Source: Dehalococcoidia bacterium (GTDB lineage: Bacteria > Chloroflexota > Dehalococcoidia > Plut-88900). Taken from it: a DNA stretch of 64,000 bases. The position numbers and the translations under genes were made by a program. Below, piece by piece: positions 9,122-18,319 of this stretch. Below the pieces are notes generated by a model, which worked only from the letters and a program-made list of their open reading frames with translations, did no database searches and was not told the DNA's origin. Position 1 is the first letter of the stretch, and every line of letters begins with the position of its first letter. Where the stretch lies: the NCBI GenBank assembly GCA_965197645.1, contig OZ240219.1, positions 96,001 to 160,000 on the forward strand, given 5' to 3'.

Positions 9122-10405
9122 ATGGCCTCAATAGCAGGAGCGAAAGAGCTAGCCCGGGGAAGGCTTTTCCCCGCCCTGACCCACTCCGATTTTCGGCGGA
9201 TGTGGTTTGCCGAAATCTCGGCGAACTCGGCATCGTGGGCGCTCATCACAGCGAAGGCGGTGCTGGTCCACGGACTGGCCGAGAACAATCCCAACGCCTG
9301 GACCGGGTTCGTGATCTTCGCGTCGATGATTCCCTACGTGTTCGTGCCGGTGCTGGGCGGACTGCTGGCGGACCGGTTCGTTAGAAAGAACCTGCTGGCG
9401 GTGGCCTATGCGGCCAACATACTGATCAACCTGCTTCTTGCCTTCCTGGTGCTCACCGATATGGTGCAGATCTGGCAGGTGGTGTTGATCTCCTTCGCCA
9501 CCGGAAGCGCCACAGCCATACAGTACGCGGCCGCTGAATCCCTTACGGCGAACCTGGTGCCCAAGAAGTACCTGATCAACGCCTACGCCCTGATCAATGC
9601 GGTGTTTCACTCGACGAGACTGATGGGGCCCGGGGCGATCGCGCCGCTGGTCGATCGGATGGAACCGGGCTGGATATTCCTGATGTGCGCCGGCGCCTTC
9701 ATGGTAGCGCTGCCTCTGGCGTTGAGCATAAAGACAATCTCGACCGGTGAGGTGGAGGAGGCTAAGAGCGTCCTCTACAACCTGGCCGCCGGGTTCAAGT
9801 ACACCTATTCGCACCCGATCATATGCAGCATCATCCTGCTGGTGCTGTTCCACTGCGCCCTCACCATGTCATTCGAATCGATGTTGCCTGCGATCTCCAA
9901 ATTCAGATTGGATGCCGGAGACAGCGGCGTATTCTACATGAGCATGATGGTGGGTGCTGGGGCGCTCGTGATCTCGTTGGGGATCGCTCCACTGCGGGGC
10001 GAGGGCCTTCGCGGACGGCTTTTCCTGTTGCTCGCATTGGGCAGCTCCCTCAGCCCCCTGATGCTGGCAGTTGCCCCCAACCTCGCCTTAGCCATGATAG
10101 GGACAACTGTAATGGGCGCCACCCAGGCCGGGTTCATGGTGATTTCGTCGACGATGATCCAGTCGGTGGTGTCGGATGCTGTACGGGGCCGGGTGACCAG
10201 CATCTACGTGATCCACGCCGGAGGAATCATGTCGTTTGCCATGCTCGGCTACGGACGTCTGACTGACTCCATCGATCCAGGATGGATTCTGAGCGTGGGC
10301 GGCCTGGCTTTCATGGCAATAATCCTGGGGAGCGTGTTAGTGACGACAATCCGGCGGCTGTACTGGGTTGGGGTGCCTATGCCCGTTGGCGGCGGCTCCG
10401 AGTAG
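9122..10405 (+). CDS. MFS transporter, Cys-containing paralog of 7549-8826
   Basis: About 12 hydrophobic segments, GLLADRFVRK motif A, VSDAVRGRV, FHCALTMSFES. Confidence 0.92.
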   Translation: MASIAGAKELARGRLFPALTHSDFRRMWFAEISANSASWALITAKAVLVHGLAENNPNAWTGFVIFASMIPYVFVPVLGGLLADRFVRKNLLAVAYAANILINLLLAFLVLTDMVQIWQVVLISFATGSATAIQYAAAESLTANLVPKKYLINAYALINAVFHSTRLMGPGAIAPLVDRMEPGWIFLMCAGAFMVALPLALSIKTISTGEVEEAKSVLYNLAAGFKYTYSHPIICSIILLVLFHCALTMSFESMLPAISKFRLDAGDSGVFYMSMMVGAGALVISLGIAPLRGEGLRGRLFLLLALGSSLSPLMLAVAPNLALAMIGTTVMGATQAGFMVISSTMIQSVVSDAVRGRVTSIYVIHAGGIMSFAMLGYGRLTDSIDPGWILSVGGLAFMAIILGSVLVTTIRRLYWVGVPMPVGGGSE

Positions 10406-10425
10406 TCTCTCTCGACGGTCTACTC

Positions 10426-10938
10426 TCAACCCTTCGAAGGGGTCATCTCCCGGCTGAGCTGGTCGAGCACCAGTTGATCGGTGGGGAAGGCCAGGGGCTC
10501 GGGTGGATTATCCGGCCGGAAATAGTCCACCAGGTCCAAATCGTCGCCGGCCTGAAGTGTCCCTCCGACTACCGTCCCACTGAACCAGATGCCGACGGTC
10601 AGGGAGTCGGGATCGTGGAAGTTGGAGTGTACGGTGTACACAGGCCCCACCTCGACCTGCAGACCTGTCTCCTCCAGAAGCTCCCGATAGGCGGCTTCGC
10701 GCACGTCTTCACCCCACTCGACGTAGCCGCAGGGGATGCACCATGCGCCTCGATAGCGCCCCCGTGCCCTTCGACCGAGCAATACGCGGCCGTCATCGAT
10801 GAGGATCACTGCCACACCGGTGACGGGATTTCGGTAGAGGACGTAGGAGCAACTGGAACAGACCAGCCGGTCTCGGTCGCCCTTGCGCCGGCTTTCGAGC
10901 CCGCTCCCGCATTTCGGACAGTAGCTGAATTCGGTCAT
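10426..10938 (-). CDS. NUDIX hydrolase with N-terminal zinc ribbon
   Basis: CPKCG...CSSC and the Nudix box GYVEWGEDVREAAYRELLEETG. Confidence 0.9.
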   Translation of the reverse strand: MTEFSYCPKCGSGLESRRKGDRDRLVCSSCSYVLYRNPVTGVAVILIDDGRVLLGRRARGRYRGAWCIPCGYVEWGEDVREAAYRELLEETGLQVEVGPVYTVHSNFHDPDSLTVGIWFSGTVVGGTLQAGDDLDLVDYFRPDNPPEPLAFPTDQLVLDQLSREMTPSKG

Positions 10939-11043
10939 GGCGTAGTGCGGGTATTAGAGCACAAAAGGGGCGCATTAACTACGGCATCCGGGGCAGACCG
11001 TTGACGTTGTAATCTTCGAACGAAAGGCAGCAAGGAGGAAGCT

Positions 11044-11223
11044 ATGACCAATCCTGTAGTCCATTTCGAGGTGGGAGTTAAGGACGGCAAAGCCGGGCAG
11101 GAGTTCTATTCAAACCTGTTCGAGTGGAGCATCAACGCCGAGCACGTAGCGGTCGGAAAGATGCTCTACGATGCCATCAAGTATCCGAAGCACAGTCGAC
11201 CGGCTCGAAGCGCTCGGCGATGA
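11044..11223 (+). pseudogene. Truncated VOC/glyoxalase-family gene fused to unrelated sequence
   Basis: Strong AAGGAGG SD, then MTNPVVHFEVGVKDGKAGQEFYSNLFEWSI (VOC N-terminus). Similarity is lost after about 31 aa and the frame stops at 59 aa. Confidence 0.6.
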
Positions 11224-11605
11224 TGAGGAGGTTAGGTGGGAGATGTATCGCGAAGCCGGTAACGACGGCGACGAGGTAGACGAGAAGCCGTTTTACGAAA
11301 CTATAGCGATCGTTGACGATGAAGACGATACGCCAGCTACCTTCGTCTATTTCCCTCAGGGCGCGCTCTATCGCCCTGCCTTGAGTCTCGCCTTTGAGAA
11401 CGTGCCACCATCCGCCCCGGAAGACTACGCGAATCTGCCTGTGAACCCGTTTTTGGCCCGGTGGCGGCTGCATATGACCGATTATACGCCTTCAAAGCCA
11501 GCGTCCAGGATTGTGTCATCCCCGAAAGATCAACCCAAAACGATGTCGTTCTCCTTGGGGAAGCAGTCAGACCGCCGTTTATCGCCAAGGTATTTTGCGC
11601 CCTGA
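11171..11605 (+). pseudogene. Fragment of an acidic hypothetical protein
   Basis: Protein-like ORF with no SD, overlapping the VOC fragment in another frame. Likely a decayed remnant. Confidence 0.35.
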
Positions 11606-11714
11606 AACCTCCCGAGAATTGTTAACACCCTCTTAAATACGGGTCGTCCTTCCGGTGCTGGAAGGACGACCCGTATATGTCTTGAGGAATTGTATACTTA
11701 CCCTTGATCCTGAT

Positions 11715-12554
11715 ATGTCGACTGCTTCGGATCGGATAGAAACGGCACGGGCCGCCTACGAGGAGCTGAGGAGCTTCCTGGATGGGATGCCGCCTCTCCG
11801 CTGGAGCAAGACGAGCATGTGCAAAGGCTGGGAGGTGCGGGACGTAGTCGCTCATCTGGTACACGCCCTGAAATATCAGGCCAAGATGGTGCAGCTCGGT
11901 GTGAAGGGCGTGCCGAGACCGGCGGACATCTTCGAGGGGGTCACCCAGGAGATGAGGACCCGGGCCATCGCCCGGGAAGCTCGCCTCCAGAGTGAGAAGC
12001 TGGCAGACCAGCTGCTGCCGGCCTTCACCAACGGGTATCGCGAGATTTTCGATCTGTTCTCGTCGCTGACGGATGAGGAGCTGAACAAGAGGACCTTCCA
12101 TGCCATCGGGCCGGGAGGCGTGGTGAAGGTGAGAACTTATATCGATCTGGTCATCCTGGAGACGACCCTGCATAGCTGGGATATCCGGTACGCGCTGGAC
12201 CCATCGGCTAGGTTGACGCCGCCGAGTGTGCCCGTGCTTATGGGATATGCCTCGGCTTGGCTGCGGCGGACCCTACACCCGGCCGCGAGGAACGGGGAAG
12301 CGCTTAGATACCGGCTCAGGGTTGGTGATTGGCCGGAGACGATATCGGACATCCTGGTCCAGGGAGATGACTTCAGTCGCGTGGAGCCGGTCAGTCCGGA
12401 GGTCACGGCCACCCTTACATGTGACGTGGACAGCTTCCTGTTGCTCCACTTCGGGAGATTCGGGTTTCTACAGGCCATCGAGTCGGGTCGATTGGAGGCG
12501 GAAGGCGACGTCGAAGCCGTTGGGTTGCTGGACGCCTGGACACGGCCGGTCTGA
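11715..12554 (+). CDS. Maleylpyruvate isomerase family (MDMPI/DinB-like) protein
   Basis: CKGWEVRDVVAHL and ETTLHSWDI metal-binding motifs, C-terminal SCP2-like region. Start at ATG 11715. Confidence 0.85.
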   Translation: MSTASDRIETARAAYEELRSFLDGMPPLRWSKTSMCKGWEVRDVVAHLVHALKYQAKMVQLGVKGVPRPADIFEGVTQEMRTRAIAREARLQSEKLADQLLPAFTNGYREIFDLFSSLTDEELNKRTFHAIGPGGVVKVRTYIDLVILETTLHSWDIRYALDPSARLTPPSVPVLMGYASAWLRRTLHPAARNGEALRYRLRVGDWPETISDILVQGDDFSRVEPVSPEVTATLTCDVDSFLLLHFGRFGFLQAIESGRLEAEGDVEAVGLLDAWTRPV

Positions 12555-12568
12555 GGGCACCGAACCGT

Positions 12569-12597
12569 TTGCTAGGGCCGAGAGGAACGGATATAAT
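12569..12597 (+). promoter_or_regulatory. Sigma70-type promoter of tRNA-Glu
   Basis: TTGCTA-17 nt-TATAAT just upstream of the tRNA, followed by leader hairpin GCCACGGCT-ggg-AGCCGTGGC (12604-12624). Confidence 0.7.
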
Positions 12598-12640
12598 CGA
12601 TAGGCCACGGCTGGGAGCCGTGGCTACCTGATTAACAAGG

Positions 12641-12717
12641 GGCGCGTTCGTCTAGCGGCCCAGGACACCGCCCTCTCAAGGCGGAGATCGCGGGTTCGAA
12701 TCCCGCACGCGCTACCA
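12641..12717 (+). tRNA. tRNA-Glu (anticodon CTC)
   Basis: GGCGCGT...ACGCGCT-A-CCA acceptor, CCGCC-ctCTCaa-GGCGG anticodon arm, GGTTCGAATCC. Confidence 0.96.
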
Positions 12718-12727
12718 GAGACAAACA

Positions 12728-12768
12728 AGGCCCAGGCCCTCTTCGGAGAACCTGGGCCTCAGGTTTTA
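12728..12768 (+). terminator. Probable terminator after tRNA-Glu
   Basis: AGGCCCAGG...CCTGGGCCT inverted repeat followed by a short T run. Confidence 0.5.
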
Positions 12769-12827
12769 CTATCCCCCACGCTGTCCTATAATGGGGCTGC
12801 TTGAGCTTTACTACGCTAGGAGGAGAT

Positions 12828-13628
12828 ATGGCTACTACCCACGAGCGGATGCAAAAGGGCGAAGAGACGATGGAGGAGCTGAGTGGCGGCACTCGAAAGG
12901 CGGCGGGGTTGCCTCAATACGAGGTGGCGCCCGACATGGGCCAGTGGGTCACCGCCAGTCTATTCGGCGACATATGGGGTCGGCCCGACCTTCCCAAGAA
13001 GATCAGAAGTTTCGCCAGCATGTCCGTGCTAACGGTTACGGGCAAGGAGGCGCAACTCAAGGGCCACGTGAACTTCGCGCTGAACATCGGCTGGAGCAAG
13101 GAGGAGATATCGGAGCTGTTCTACCACCTGGTGCTCTACGGAGGACTTCCCTCGGCGCTCAACGCACTGGGAGTGGCCAGGGATGTGTTCAAAGACAGGG
13201 GACTCCTCGATCAGCCCATGGAGCCGACGGAAGGTACCGAGGCGACCTTCGAGGAGAGATACGCCAAGGGCATCAAGGTGATAGCCGAGATGTCGGCTAC
13301 GGATGCTACGGAATTCTCCATGGGCGACGACGTGGCGATGGTACACGGCATGGAGGACCACATCATATCGAGCCTTTTCGGCGACGTATGGAGTCGGGAC
13401 GTGCTGCCGAAGAAGGTCCGGAGTATCGCCACCATGTCGGCGTTGACAGCGCTGGGAAAGGAACCTCAGCTGGAGGCCCACCTCAACTGGGGGCTGAACA
13501 TCGGCTGGACCAAAGAGGAGATATCGGAGCTGTTCTTCCACCTGGCGTTCTACTGTGGTCTGCCGGCCGTGCTCAACGGACTGAGGGTAGCCAGAGGAGT
13601 GTTCAAGGACCGGGGGCTGGTCTCCTGA
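12828..13628 (+). CDS. Carboxymuconolactone decarboxylase (CMD) family protein, tandem two-domain
   Basis: Two repeats of LFGD(I/V)W.R..LPKK.RS...H.N..LNIGW.KEEISELF.HL..Y.GLP. AGGAGG SD before ATG 12828. Confidence 0.88.
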   Translation: MATTHERMQKGEETMEELSGGTRKAAGLPQYEVAPDMGQWVTASLFGDIWGRPDLPKKIRSFASMSVLTVTGKEAQLKGHVNFALNIGWSKEEISELFYHLVLYGGLPSALNALGVARDVFKDRGLLDQPMEPTEGTEATFEERYAKGIKVIAEMSATDATEFSMGDDVAMVHGMEDHIISSLFGDVWSRDVLPKKVRSIATMSALTALGKEPQLEAHLNWGLNIGWTKEEISELFFHLAFYCGLPAVLNGLRVARGVFKDRGLVS

Positions 13629-13660
13629 GGGCCTGCGCCCCACGATATAGGAGGGGAGAG

Positions 13661-15256
13661 ATGCAGTATTTCAAGCGCCGGCCGCCGGTATATGGTCGGA
13701 ACGGGATGGTGGCCACCAGCGAGACCCAGGCCGCTATGGCCGGACTCCAGGTCCTGAGGGATGGAGGCAATGCCGTGGATGCGGCGGTAGCCACCTCGGC
13801 CGCGCTCAGCGTTACGGAACCGATGTCGACGGGGATTGGCGGCGACCTTTTCGCCCTGGTGTGGTCGGCCAAGGACCGGAAGGTCTACGCCCTGAACGGC
13901 AGCGGCCGAGCTCCCAAGGGGGCATCTCTGGAGGAGCTGCGCTCCAAAGGGCATAGCCAGATTCCCGGCCACAGCGCCTACGCCGTATCGGTCCCTGGCG
14001 TAGTGGACGGCTGGCGGACCCTGTTGAAGGGCCACGGCTCGAAACGGCTCTCCGAGCTGATGAAACCGGCAATAAAGTACGCCGAAGAGGGGTTCGTGGT
14101 CTCGGAGCAGATAGGCCGCTATTGGGCCAACACCGAGGCGAAGCTGGCCCAGTATCCATCGGGTTCCGAACTGCTGCTAAACGGCCGGGCGCCAAGGGCC
14201 GGCGAGGTGATGAAGCTGCCCGAGCTGGCAGCCACGTTAAAGGCTATAGCCCGCAGCGGGCCCAAGGCGTTCTACCAGGGCAAGCTGGCCAAGAAGATAG
14301 CCGGGTACGTACAAGAGCACGGCGGGTGGCTGGACACCTCGGACCTGTCTCGGCACACTTCCACCTGGGACGAACCGATCTCGACGGACTACCGTGGGGT
14401 CACCTGCTGGCAGTGCCCGCCCAACGGTCAGGGGATCGCTGCCCTGATGGCCCTCAACATCGCCGAAGGGTTCGATATTCGAGGAATGGGATTTCAGAGC
14501 GTCGATACCTACCACCATCTCATCGAGTCTATGCAGCTGGCATTCCAAGACGCCCTCGACCACGTAGCCGACCCGAGCAAAGCCGAGGTCCCCATCCGAC
14601 GGCTGCTGTCCCAGGAACATTCCGCCGAGAGGCGTAGCGCCGTCGGCTACGATCGGGTGCTATCCAGGTCGGACGCAGGCAGGGTGATGGTCCGGGCCGA
14701 TACCGCTTACCTGACGTGCGTCGACGGCAAGGGCAACGCCTGCTCTTTCATCAACAGCCTGTACGAGTCCTTCGGCACAGGCCTGGTGGTACCGGGGACG
14801 GGGATTGCGCTGCAGAACCGGGCATCGCTGTTCTCGTTGGACCCGGACCATCCCAACGCCCTGGCCCCGGACAAGAGGCCCTTTCACACGATAATTCCGG
14901 GCATGGCCACTAGAGGCAACGAGCTGTGGCTATCCTACGGAGTGATGGGCGGTTTCCAGCAACCCCAGGGCCACCTCCAGGTGCTGGCGAACATGGTGGA
15001 CTTCGATCTAGACCCACAGGCCGCACTGGACGCCCTGCGGTTCAGCATTCAGCTTGGGGACGGCGTAGCAATAGAGGCCGAAGTGCCATCGTCTACGATG
15101 GAGGAGCTGCGAAGACGGGGCCACGCCATCATCCCGGTGGACGACCCAACGAGAGGACTGTTCGGCGGAGGCCAGATCATCGAGAGAGATGCGGACTCAG
15201 GAGTCCTACGCGGGGGCACGGAACCTCGCAAGGACGGCCTGGCGGTAGGGTGGTAG
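13661..15256 (+). CDS. ggt: Gamma-glutamyltransferase family protein
   Basis: GGNAVDAAVA, GIGGDLF, autocleavage Thr in DTAYL, PFHTIIP, GVMGG..QPQGH. True start is ATG 13661 after a GGAGG SD. Confidence 0.93.
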   Translation: MQYFKRRPPVYGRNGMVATSETQAAMAGLQVLRDGGNAVDAAVATSAALSVTEPMSTGIGGDLFALVWSAKDRKVYALNGSGRAPKGASLEELRSKGHSQIPGHSAYAVSVPGVVDGWRTLLKGHGSKRLSELMKPAIKYAEEGFVVSEQIGRYWANTEAKLAQYPSGSELLLNGRAPRAGEVMKLPELAATLKAIARSGPKAFYQGKLAKKIAGYVQEHGGWLDTSDLSRHTSTWDEPISTDYRGVTCWQCPPNGQGIAALMALNIAEGFDIRGMGFQSVDTYHHLIESMQLAFQDALDHVADPSKAEVPIRRLLSQEHSAERRSAVGYDRVLSRSDAGRVMVRADTAYLTCVDGKGNACSFINSLYESFGTGLVVPGTGIALQNRASLFSLDPDHPNALAPDKRPFHTIIPGMATRGNELWLSYGVMGGFQQPQGHLQVLANMVDFDLDPQAALDALRFSIQLGDGVAIEAEVPSSTMEELRRRGHAIIPVDDPTRGLFGGGQIIERDADSGVLRGGTEPRKDGLAVGW

Positions 15257-15273
15257 GAAAGAACGTCTAGGGC

Positions 15274-15804
15274 GTGAGCACCTACTACGGGATGGTCCAC
15301 GGGAGGTTTCAACCGTTCCACAACGACCATCTGGACTACGCCAAGAAGGCGCTGGCCAGGTGCGAGCACTTGATAATCGGGATAACCAACCCGGACCCCG
15401 AAACGATCCGGGAGGAGGGTACCAGCTCTCACCGGCATCGGGACGAATCGAACCCGTACACCTTCTTCCAGAGAATGTCGATGATCCGAGGCGCATTGGT
15501 GGACGAGGACGTGCCATTGGAGAGGTTCAGCTTCGTTCCATTCCCCATTCACCATCCGCAAAAGTGGCGGTTCTACCTCCCTCGAAGGGAAGATGTAACA
15601 CTGTTCATCCGGGTGTTCTCCGACTGGGAGCAGACCAAGGTGGATAGGTTCCAAGAGAACGGCTGGACTGTGGAGATACTGGACCCAGGGGAGTCCAAGG
15701 GGATAGAGGCGACGAACGTGCGGGAGAGGTTCGGGCACAACGGAAACTGGGAAGAGCTGGTCCCGAAGGCGGTGGCCGAGGTGATCAAGGAGATACGGAG
15801 CTAA
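15274..15804 (+). CDS. Cytidylyltransferase-like nucleotidyltransferase (NMN adenylyltransferase-like)
   Basis: GRFQPFHNDH (HxxH), NPYTF..R, IEATNVRE and WEELVP. Confidence 0.8.
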   Translation: MSTYYGMVHGRFQPFHNDHLDYAKKALARCEHLIIGITNPDPETIREEGTSSHRHRDESNPYTFFQRMSMIRGALVDEDVPLERFSFVPFPIHHPQKWRFYLPRREDVTLFIRVFSDWEQTKVDRFQENGWTVEILDPGESKGIEATNVRERFGHNGNWEELVPKAVAEVIKEIRS

Positions 15805-15857
15805 CCGCTAAAGCCGCGTCTGTATAATAGTCCAGAGTAACCGAAGGAGAAGGTCAC

Positions 15858-16772
15858 GTGGAGGTATTCCTAGCCACGCCAAGGGGATTTTGCGCCGGGG
15901 TAGTGCGGGCCGTAGATGTAGTAGAGGTGGCGTTGAAGAAGTATGGCCGTCCCGTCTACGTCAAGCACGAGATAGTCCACAACCCGTATGTAGTGGAGTC
16001 GCTGGAGGCGAAGGGAGCGATTACGGTGGAGGACGTCGAGGAGATACCCCCAGGCTCCACCGTGGTCTTCTCGGCTCACGGGTCGCCTCCGGAAGACTTT
16101 CAGAAGGCCTCCGCCAGGGACCTACACGTAATCGATGCGACCTGTCCCCTGGTGACCAAGGTACACAACGAGGCTCGCAAGTATTCCAGGGATGACCGTA
16201 AGATAATTCTGGTGGGGCACCGTGGTCACCAGGAGGTGATCGGGACCATGGGCCAGGCGTCGATGGAGCTGGTCGACGAGAGGGAGGAGGTCCGGCTGCC
16301 GGAGTGGGACCCCACTACGCAGGTGACGGTGCTGACCCAGACCACCCTATCCGTCCACGATACCGATAGGGCCGTCCAGCAGATCAAGTCCAGATTCCCC
16401 AAAGCGATGATACGTAACGACATCTGCTACGCCACGACGAACCGGCAGGCGGCGGTAACTGAGTTGGCCTCCAAATGCGATGTGCTGTTGGTGATCGGCG
16501 CCAAGAACAGCTCCAACTGCAACCGCCTTCGGGACGTTGCCCAGGACAATGGGGTCGGAGCCTACCTGCTGAACGGCCCTGAGGGACTGCGGGACATCGA
16601 TTTGAGCGGTGTGAAACGGATAGGGATCATCTCCGGCGCCTCGACACCCGAGTCCCTAGTGGAGCAGGTAGTACAACGCCTTCAGCCTGACAAGGTCTCT
16701 ACGGTGGAGGGTGCCGAAGAAGACATCACCTTCGTGATGCCGCGTGAGTTCCGGGACGAAGTCCATACCTAG
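15858..16772 (+). CDS. ispH: 4-hydroxy-3-methylbut-2-enyl diphosphate reductase
   Basis: PRGFCAGV, HEIVHN, SAHG, DATCPLV, ICYATTNRQ and SSN. Confidence 0.97.
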   Translation: MEVFLATPRGFCAGVVRAVDVVEVALKKYGRPVYVKHEIVHNPYVVESLEAKGAITVEDVEEIPPGSTVVFSAHGSPPEDFQKASARDLHVIDATCPLVTKVHNEARKYSRDDRKIILVGHRGHQEVIGTMGQASMELVDEREEVRLPEWDPTTQVTVLTQTTLSVHDTDRAVQQIKSRFPKAMIRNDICYATTNRQAAVTELASKCDVLLVIGAKNSSNCNRLRDVAQDNGVGAYLLNGPEGLRDIDLSGVKRIGIISGASTPESLVEQVVQRLQPDKVSTVEGAEEDITFVMPREFRDEVHT

Positions 16773-16870
16773 ACCTCGCCCAATCTGGACACCCTGATCG
16801 AGCGGTTTGCGCCCGTCGTTGATGTATACTTGAGCCTGGACTGACCTGTAGCGCTCTAAGGAGCATCCAT

Positions 16871-18244
16871 ATTATCGGCGCCACCATATTCCGTGCTCTG
16901 ATCAGCATCCTACTGGGTCTCATTGTCTTCGCCGCCATACTGACATGGCTTCTCGGGGGCAGCCTGAAGTCCCACTTCCTCTCCGAGGATTTCTACAAGG
17001 CTCACCTCGTGGAGAACGACGCCTATAACCGTCTGTTGGATGCGGTCCTTATCCCGCGAATTGAAGAGAATCTGCTGGAAGAGGGACGCGCCGACTTCAT
17101 CGGAGGTCTACGGATCGACGAGGAGGACGTAGCCCCTCTCGCCAAGGGCATTCTGCCTCCACCGGAGGTCAGGAACCAGGTGGAAGAAGCGATAGACGGG
17201 GCGGTGTCCTACCTGGACAAGCAGGAGGACCCGGTCAGCGGTGACGTCATAGAGGTACCGGACGTCTACATCCGCTTCGGGCCGATTCTTGGCAACCAAG
17301 CGGACCGGGGAACGGCCAAACGGGCGATTTTCGCTTTTTTGAGGTCGGAGCTGCGTAACAACTCGGAAATACTGCCCGCGGTCGGCGGCACCACCCAGGA
17401 GCGGATAACGACGGTGTCCCGGCAGCTGGTCGCGACCCTGGTCAGCCTGCAGGACCCCGAGTTCCCGATTCAGATACCGTCGCTGGAAGCAGTGCCCGAC
17501 GAGTTTCGGGCCGAGGTGTACGACACCGCCGTTGCCCTGTTGCCTGCCGCCGGTATCCCTGCACCGGTGATGGAGAGTCTCGCCGAAGCCGACGCTGAGA
17601 TAAAAACCGAGCTTCAGCAGCCCGATCCGGACGAAGCGCTGACAGGGGCGCTGAGCATCGCCATGGAGGTCATGGTGGAGCCGCTGATAGACGCCTCCTT
17701 CGATAGGTTCAGAGAGGACCAGCTGGACGAGGAGGACAGGTTCGATCCGATCGACCGGCTGGCCCAGAACCGGGGAGAGCCCAAGGAGCGGGTGCTGGAC
17801 AGGCTGGACATGGCACGGGACTGGCTGGGCCGTGCCAAGACCATGGGATCATGGGTGGCGCTGCTGATCTTCGCCCTGGCGAGTGTCCTGATGGGGTCCA
17901 TCCACCTGCCCCGGGTTGGTTCATTCCTGGGCTGGCCGGGCCTCACGCTGTTCCTTGCGGGTGGGGTGTTCCTCGGGATGGCGGCGGTGCTTAGGTCCCA
18001 GCTTCCCAACAGGCTGGAATCCTTCGTGGAGGGGAGGGGAGCGGGCTGTATGGCGGTGGCCGGCTCCGAGTCCTCCTTCTCGCCCGAGTTCTGCTCTCTG
18101 GCGGTGGACGTCACCCGGTCCATGGCGGGGGAAGTCGCCGGAGATTTCATAGTGCCATCGGCAATCATCCTGATCATCGGGTTAGCGCTGGTGATGGCAT
18201 CGGTGATTGTAGGAAGAGCAACTCGCGGGAGTGACTTCAGGTAA
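16871..18244 (+). CDS. Hypothetical membrane protein (N-terminal anchor, large acidic extracytoplasmic domain, 3 C-terminal TM); probable ATT start
   Basis: The frame is open upstream of GTG 17009 and encodes a hydrophobic helix. AAGGAG lies 7 nt before ATT 16871. Confidence 0.7.
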   Translation: MIGATIFRALISILLGLIVFAAILTWLLGGSLKSHFLSEDFYKAHLVENDAYNRLLDAVLIPRIEENLLEEGRADFIGGLRIDEEDVAPLAKGILPPPEVRNQVEEAIDGAVSYLDKQEDPVSGDVIEVPDVYIRFGPILGNQADRGTAKRAIFAFLRSELRNNSEILPAVGGTTQERITTVSRQLVATLVSLQDPEFPIQIPSLEAVPDEFRAEVYDTAVALLPAAGIPAPVMESLAEADAEIKTELQQPDPDEALTGALSIAMEVMVEPLIDASFDRFREDQLDEEDRFDPIDRLAQNRGEPKERVLDRLDMARDWLGRAKTMGSWVALLIFALASVLMGSIHLPRVGSFLGWPGLTLFLAGGVFLGMAAVLRSQLPNRLESFVEGRGAGCMAVAGSESSFSPEFCSLAVDVTRSMAGEVAGDFIVPSAIILIIGLALVMASVIVGRATRGSDFR

Positions 18245-18319
18245 TCCTGGGACCCACGCAGCGGAAGCTTTGGTGTGAGAGCAGGCCAGCTCGTGGCCAA
18301 TCGCGAAAAAGCTGCGGCC

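Noticed and set aside
12791-13660. Apparent 821-aa N-terminally extended GGT
   Set aside because: The extension is an off-frame shadow of the CMD gene. GGT homology and an SD begin at 13661.
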